The notes beneath the pieces are model-generated. The model made no database searches and was not told the origin of the DNA. It worked only from the letters and a program-made list of their open reading frames with translations. DNA of 40,356 nucleotides from a virus. Taxonomy: Duplodnaviria > Caudoviricetes. Positions 36,378 to 40,356 of this stretch are shown in pieces; position 1 is the first letter of the stretch, and each line of letters opens with the position of its first letter. The stretch lies in IMG/VR virus record IMGVR_UViG_3300005611_000072, positions 1 to 40,356 of that record. One strand, written 5' to 3'. A program made the translations under genes and the position numbers.

Positions 36378-36561
36378 TTGATTCCTTTGCTTCTTTAACT
36401 AATTGTAGTGTTGGTGGGATTATCTTCATTCCCCTCTTTTTAGCGTATTTAAGTAGGTCTGACATGCTTACTCCTAGTTCTCCTAGTAATTCAAACATCT
36501 CTTCTGATATACGTTCAATCCTAGGTAGTGTACTGTCTGATGATGTGGTGTTAGTCATCAC
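36370..36561 (-). CDS. hypothetical protein
   Basis: 63-aa ORF with AAGGTGA SD. Confidence 0.55.
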   Translation of the reverse strand: MMTNTTSSDSTLPRIERISEEMFELLGELGVSMSDLLKYAKKRGMKIIPPTLQLVKEAKESNE

Positions 36562-36703
36562 TCACCTTTCTTTAATTTATCTCTTAATAGTTGGAGTACT
36601 TGGTCTACTGCGTGGTTATATCCATCATGATAACTATCATCACCTCTAGAATAAGTGCCAGTTTCTAGGTTTTGTTATTCTCATATAGGGGTTAGTCCTC
36701 ATC

Positions 36704-36904
36704 TTATAAACCTAGTTTTTTCATTTTTTTCAAAAACTCCTGACCTCTTTCATAAGAATTTATGCTCGATTGATACTCAAAGGCAATTAAATCTTCCACA
36801 CTTTGCATGGCATCCCTAGAAACCCCATCTGCGAATATTCCTTTATTAAAAAGCATATCTACTAACCTCTTTGCTTGTTCTTGATAGTATTTTTCTATTT
36901 TCAT
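36704..36904 (-). CDS. hypothetical protein
   Basis: 66-aa ORF, ATGA coupling. Confidence 0.65.
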   Translation of the reverse strand: MKIEKYYQEQAKRLVDMLFNKGIFADGVSRDAMQSVEDLIAFEYQSSINSYERGQEFLKKMKKLGL

Positions 36905-37188
36905 ATCTCTCTTTCTTTTACTAAATCATTAAACATTTCTTTTTCTTGTTCTTGAGTTGGATATTCATCATCATAATCACCATTTTGCATTTTTTTATCA
37001 ATTTCAACCAATCCAGCATCTAATAAATCAAAATGAAGCTGTATTTTTGGAGTCGCTATTAAAGTATCAAAATCGTGGTAATAACCGTCTTTCGCATTTT
37101 TAATTATTGTTTTAACTTTTAATAGCTGTTCCTCGCCTATCACCGCACTTTCAAGGTCTTTGACTAAATCAATTTTTGTATTACCCAT
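36901..37188 (-). CDS. hypothetical protein
   Basis: 95-aa ORF with GYYHDF..NGDYDDE. Confidence 0.65.
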   Translation of the reverse strand: MGNTKIDLVKDLESAVIGEEQLLKVKTIIKNAKDGYYHDFDTLIATPKIQLHFDLLDAGLVEIDKKMQNGDYDDEYPTQEQEKEMFNDLVKEREI

Positions 37189-37189
37189 A

Positions 37190-37423
37190 CTATTTTTCCT
37201 TTCTTGATTGTTTATTACGTTTATTAGCAGCCCTACGCTTAGCTACTTGCTTAGCTTTATGTTTATCCATATCCCTGCGGTATTGACCCATTCTCTCACT
37301 TGGGGATAACTTACGATATTTTTTAGCTTGACTTTGAGTCAAGGGAACATAGTCTTTTTTATCCTCATCTGATAAAGACTCAACAAGTTCCTGTGATACA
37401 ATTTTTCCCGTACTTATTTGCAT
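37190..37423 (-). CDS. basic hypothetical protein
   Basis: likely ATG 37423 (MQISTGK) after an AGGTGA SD; Lys/Arg-rich tail. Confidence 0.6.
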   Translation of the reverse strand: MQISTGKIVSQELVESLSDEDKKDYVPLTQSQAKKYRKLSPSERMGQYRRDMDKHKAKQVAKRRAANKRNKQSRKEK

Positions 37424-37428
37424 ACCTC

Positions 37429-37602
37429 TCACCTTTCTTTAATTATTTTAATTTTTTCACACATTACACACTTAAACGGCTTCTGATAAGTCCATTGGTG
37501 TACTCCAAAGAAGTGAAGTATTTTCTCAACCAGGTTTGGATAGTAAGGTAGTGGTTTAGCCTTAGACCAGCTTCCATCCCTATTTTGTTGAATTGTTGTC
37601 AT
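37429..37602 (-). CDS. 57-aa protein with His/Cys motif (not in ORF track)
   Basis: MTTIQQNRDGSWSKAKPLPYY...GVHQW...CVMCEK; AAGGAG SD. Confidence 0.6.
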   Translation of the reverse strand: MTTIQQNRDGSWSKAKPLPYYPNLVEKILHFFGVHQWTYQKPFKCVMCEKIKIIKER

Positions 37603-37613
37603 TATGTCTCCTT

Positions 37614-37787
37614 TTAGTTTGTCTTGTTTTCATTTAATTTATCTCTTTTCATAAAAACAGACATTCCATATGGAGAGTGAGAATGAGATGCTAGTTCCCA
37701 GCCCTCCTCCATCCTCTTCATAATCCAAAGCTCTATTTCCCCAATACTAGCATCTTTGTGCCATTCTCTATATCTTATTTCATTCAT
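37614..37787 (-). CDS. 57-aa DUF4177-like protein (not in ORF track)
   Basis: ...EEGWELASHS...VFMKR; ATGA overlap. Confidence 0.55.
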   Translation of the reverse strand: MNEIRYREWHKDASIGEIELWIMKRMEEGWELASHSHSPYGMSVFMKRDKLNENKTN

Positions 37788-38224
37788 TTTAGATCTTCTC
37801 CTTTTAGTTTATCTCTTAATAGTTGGAGTTTCTTGCGTTGTTTTCTTTTTAATCCATTAAGTTCTATAGCTATGGGTATAACTTTATTAACACTATGTTT
37901 TTTACCAGAGGCATCTGTCCAAGACTCAATATATCCTTGCTTAAAATCCTCACCAATCACATCACTCTCAATAGTCTTTAATAGGTCTAGTTGGGCTTGT
38001 TTATTATTCTTTTCAACAAAATCTAGTCTCTTAGAAAATGCTTTTAACATTAAATCATAAATCCAAGTATATTTTACTTTAGTTGGGATGTCTCCGATGT
38101 CCCCTCTCCCGCAGTCTGGACACTCATGCTCATTACCAAACAACATTGTTTCACCAACTTCTTTATGAATATCTGAAAAATCCCAAGCTGTTTCCTCTAA
38201 CTGCTTATTAATTGGGTTAGTCAT
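37784..38224 (-). CDS. hypothetical protein
   Basis: 146 aa with CPDC; coupled on both sides. Confidence 0.65.
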   Translation of the reverse strand: MTNPINKQLEETAWDFSDIHKEVGETMLFGNEHECPDCGRGDIGDIPTKVKYTWIYDLMLKAFSKRLDFVEKNNKQAQLDLLKTIESDVIGEDFKQGYIESWTDASGKKHSVNKVIPIAIELNGLKRKQRKKLQLLRDKLKGEDLK

Positions 38225-38370
38225 TATTTTTTCTCCTCAATCCAAACTATTAGTATTACTGCTGTCCAGAAAGATGAGCTGACAATAGCTCCTACAGTAC
38301 CTAGAAGATGCCAATTTAGTGCGATTGATAAAATTGAGAGTAAATAGACATGTTTCCAGCTAGTTTTCAT
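38224..38370 (-). CDS. 48-aa membrane protein (not in ORF track)
   Basis: MKTSWKHVYLLSILSIALNWHLLGTVGAIVSSSFWTAVILIVWIEEKK; TAATG overlap. Confidence 0.6.
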   Translation of the reverse strand: MKTSWKHVYLLSILSIALNWHLLGTVGAIVSSSFWTAVILIVWIEEKK

Positions 38371-38408
38371 AGTTTACATTTGCCTTACATTTACTTTTTA
38401 CTTGTTTC

Positions 38409-38572
38409 CATTAAGAGCTTAGTGCAGGATTACAGACCTCTCCAACCGCATCACCTATCTGTATTAGTCGGGAACTGGTGTAATCACCTCTTTACACCTC
38501 CTACTTACTAGTCCACATTCGGAAGTAACCCGATTCCCAATTGTGAGAGAATCCTGCATTAAACTCTTAATG
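38409..38572 (-). ncRNA. candidate multi-branch structured RNA closed by a 23-bp stem
   Basis: 38409-38431 pairs with 38550-38572 (21/23); internal hairpins; intergenic; strand inferred from context. Confidence 0.5.
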
Positions 38573-38598
38573 TTAATGTACCTCTACCCTTATATAAT

Positions 38599-39111
38599 TT
38601 ATTTCTTCACAATCTTATAACCATTCTCCTCAAGTAGTTTAATTGCTTCTTGAGTAGCGTCATCTTCTTCATCATAGTATTCAAACTCACAATCTCCCTT
38701 ACCTATAAGTTGACTATCTTCACTATTATCTATATAAGTTAGTTCTTCATCTGTTTCTCTCCATCCAAAGAATCTACCCAGCGAGAGTTTTAACTTACCA
38801 AAAACCATGGCATCACCAAAAACCCAGGCATTACCAGACACCTCGGCATTACCAGAAACCCAGGCATCACCAGAAACCCTGGCATCACCAGACACCCTGG
38901 CATCACCAGAAACCCTGGCATCACCAAACACCTCGGCATCACCAGAAACCCAGGCATTACCATCTTGTGATAAGTTGTCCTCTTTCTCTATCCAACCACC
39001 CTTATCACCCTTACTCACATTAAAACCAATATCTATTAGTGCCTCTATTTGATAGAGAGTCTTTCCATAGACTTCTTTTTTGTTATTAGTTAATTTATAT
39101 TTTTTAGACAT
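38599..39111 (-). CDS. phage hexapeptide-repeat (GDARVS/GNAWVS) protein
   Basis: KKYKLT...TLYQIEAL...GGWIEKEDNLSQDGNAWV followed by repeats. Confidence 0.85.
   Translation of the reverse strand: MSKKYKLTNNKKEVYGKTLYQIEALIDIGFNVSKGDKGGWIEKEDNLSQDGNAWVSGDAEVFGDARVSGDARVSGDARVSGDAWVSGNAEVSGNAWVFGDAMVFGKLKLSLGRFFGWRETDEELTYIDNSEDSQLIGKGDCEFEYYDEEDDATQEAIKLLEENGYKIVKK
38808..38963. repeat. 18-bp coding tandem repeat, about 8-9 units
   Basis: variants of GGCATCACCAGAAACCCT. Confidence 0.9.
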
Positions 39112-39553
39112 TTTCTGTCCTTTCTATATTATTAATAGCTTTTCTAGTACTCTTAAGCTCGTTACTCTTACTCTCTAGTAGTTTACTAGTGTGGTTGGCT
39201 ATATCTGTTACTGCTGCGTATAGTTGTTCAATCTTGTCTTCTATGGATAATGAGTCCCAATTGTAATACTCTCTCATGTCCAGTGGGAGTTGTAGTCTCT
39301 CAATTTTCTTTGGATATGAGTTAGCCATTGCTCCTACTGGCTCATCTGGGCAACTGTCACATCCTTCACCTTCTAACCAGTTACACCCACAGTCTTGTTC
39401 CTTAGCTTCATGCCCACACTCTGATTCATCTTCAGACCTAATTTTCCTTAAAATAGCATCGGCGTTTTCTTGTGTAAGAAATCCGCGATCTACTCTACAT
39501 TGGTTATAACCAGCAATGTAGCCTTCTCCATAAACTTTGGTGTTGTTTTTCAT
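39104..39553 (-). CDS. hypothetical protein with Cys cluster and coiled coil
   Basis: GYIAGYNQC; CGC..CDSC. Confidence 0.65.
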   Translation of the reverse strand: MKNNTKVYGEGYIAGYNQCRVDRGFLTQENADAILRKIRSEDESECGHEAKEQDCGCNWLEGEGCDSCPDEPVGAMANSYPKKIERLQLPLDMREYYNWDSLSIEDKIEQLYAAVTDIANHTSKLLESKSNELKSTRKAINNIERTENV

Positions 39554-39570
39554 TAGTGTATTAACCTTTC

Positions 39571-39861
39571 TTAATATTGTTCATGGTAGGGGAAGTAGCC
39601 CTTTTTAGATTCCTTATTATTTTTAAACTGTTGTACTTCTTTACTTGATCTTAACTCTGGGTGATTCTCTTGGACTTTTCGTCTAGCTCTACTCACACTC
39701 TCAAAAGCTGGTGCTGACATGAAGTTTTGTCTGGTCATTACACCGTCAAACCCAACATATCCCTTTCGCTTACAAATATCCCAAAACAGCTTTTTATCTG
39801 AGTCTCTAAGCTCTGGGAACATCTGAAGTAGTGTTTTTATTTTATCGTAGAGTTTTACCAT
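39571..39861 (-). CDS. hypothetical, possibly DNA-binding protein
   Basis: FPELRDSDKKL...ESVSRARRKVQE; start moved to ATG 39861 after a GGGGG leader. Confidence 0.65.
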   Translation of the reverse strand: MVKLYDKIKTLLQMFPELRDSDKKLFWDICKRKGYVGFDGVMTRQNFMSAPAFESVSRARRKVQENHPELRSSKEVQQFKNNKESKKGYFPYHEQY

Positions 39862-39880
39862 AATTCCCCCAATTGATTTA

Positions 39881-39926
39881 TTTATAGTGCTTTTATTAGT
39901 GAAAGTCAAGTACCAACTTTCTCAAG
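39881..39926 (-). promoter_or_regulatory. class A promoter, copy 3
   Basis: 39905-39926 matches the 22-bp element at 19/22; TTGACT-N17-TATAAA; TTGGGGGAA leader. Confidence 0.65.
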
Positions 39927-40127
39927 TTTCTTACTTTTCTTAGCTCCATAGCCGTAATCATTTTTTAACTGCTTAACTGTAATTTTTCTATCAGCGACTT
40001 GGTTTAGTAAGAACATTAATTTACCAAAACCATCTCTTAGGTGAGAATTTTTGTTATTTAATTCAATGTTTTCTTTTTTGGACTTACGCCACATCTTTTT
40101 GTAATCTGTCTTTTTATTTTTAGGCAT
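39906..40127 (-). CDS. basic hypothetical protein
   Basis: 73 aa; TGATG overlap with the upstream gene. Confidence 0.6.
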   Translation of the reverse strand: MPKNKKTDYKKMWRKSKKENIELNNKNSHLRDGFGKLMFLLNQVADRKITVKQLKNDYGYGAKKSKKLEKVGT

Positions 40128-40356
40128 CAGACTTTCTCCAAAGTAATTATTGTGTCGTTATCTTTACCGAACTTATCATTAAACAATTTCCATTTAAGTC
40201 TCCAAATCCCTGTCTCAAAGCCTTTAACTTCTATATATTCAATTTTCCCATCATTGTGTTCAACCATAAAATCAATGTAGTAGTTACAGATTCTAGTTCC
40301 ATTCTCTCCGAATAGTTCTATTTTTATTTGAAGTTTCCAGCTCTTAATTTCTTTAT
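40127..40356 (-). CDS. C-terminal part of DUF1064-like nuclease (enters from window end)
   Basis: KEIKSWKLQ...NYYIDFMV...IEYIEVKGFET..WRLKWKLF: D..EVK nuclease motif. Confidence 0.8.
   Translation of the reverse strand, partial: KEIKSWKLQIKIELFGENGTRICNYYIDFMVEHNDGKIEYIEVKGFETGIWRLKWKLFNDKFGKDNDTIITLEKV

Noticed and set aside
36686-36698. GGACTAACCCC here and a similar string near 2646-2657 as extra copies of the head-gene leader motif
   Set aside because: Only the CTAACCC part matches; the hairpin and downstream ACTG are missing
38808-38963. Short tandem repeats as a CRISPR array or DGR repeat
   Set aside because: No spacers; in-frame 18-bp coding repeat; no cas or reverse transcriptase gene seen
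202-39509. All other plus-strand ORFs and nested alternative-frame minus ORFs in the track
   Set aside because: They lie within better-supported minus-strand genes and show no recognisable motifs
1-40356. Stop-codon reassignment
   Set aside because: Genes are intact in code 11 and TAA, TAG and TGA all end genes at coupled junctions

Overview
The window is an AT-rich, apparently near-complete (~40.4 kb) circularly permuted tailed-phage genome with every credible gene on the minus strand; one DUF1064-like nuclease gene is split between the two ends. Reading along the minus strand: small early/accessory genes, a Tad2/DUF2829-like gene, small and large terminase, portal, scaffold, major capsid, a Ser/Pro-repeat decoration protein, a seven-gene sugar-synthesis/glycosyltransferase cassette, four more Ser/Pro-repeat virion proteins, podovirus-style tail and ejection proteins, a lysis cassette with a CHAP endolysin, HNH genes, an ~870 bp structured non-coding region and a small recombination module. 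I recognise no integrase, polymerase, primase, helicase, tape measure, tRNA or CRISPR array. The standout is a candidate phage-encoded virion O-glycosylation system: five structural proteins with (Ser-X)n/SPS tracts like bacterial serine-rich repeat glycoproteins, flanking their own glycosyltransferases. Also notable are three families of repeated regulatory motifs, many apparently leaderless genes, and four candidate structured RNAs. A Patescibacteria (CPR) host is a guess. All product calls come from motif recognition by eye, with no database search.
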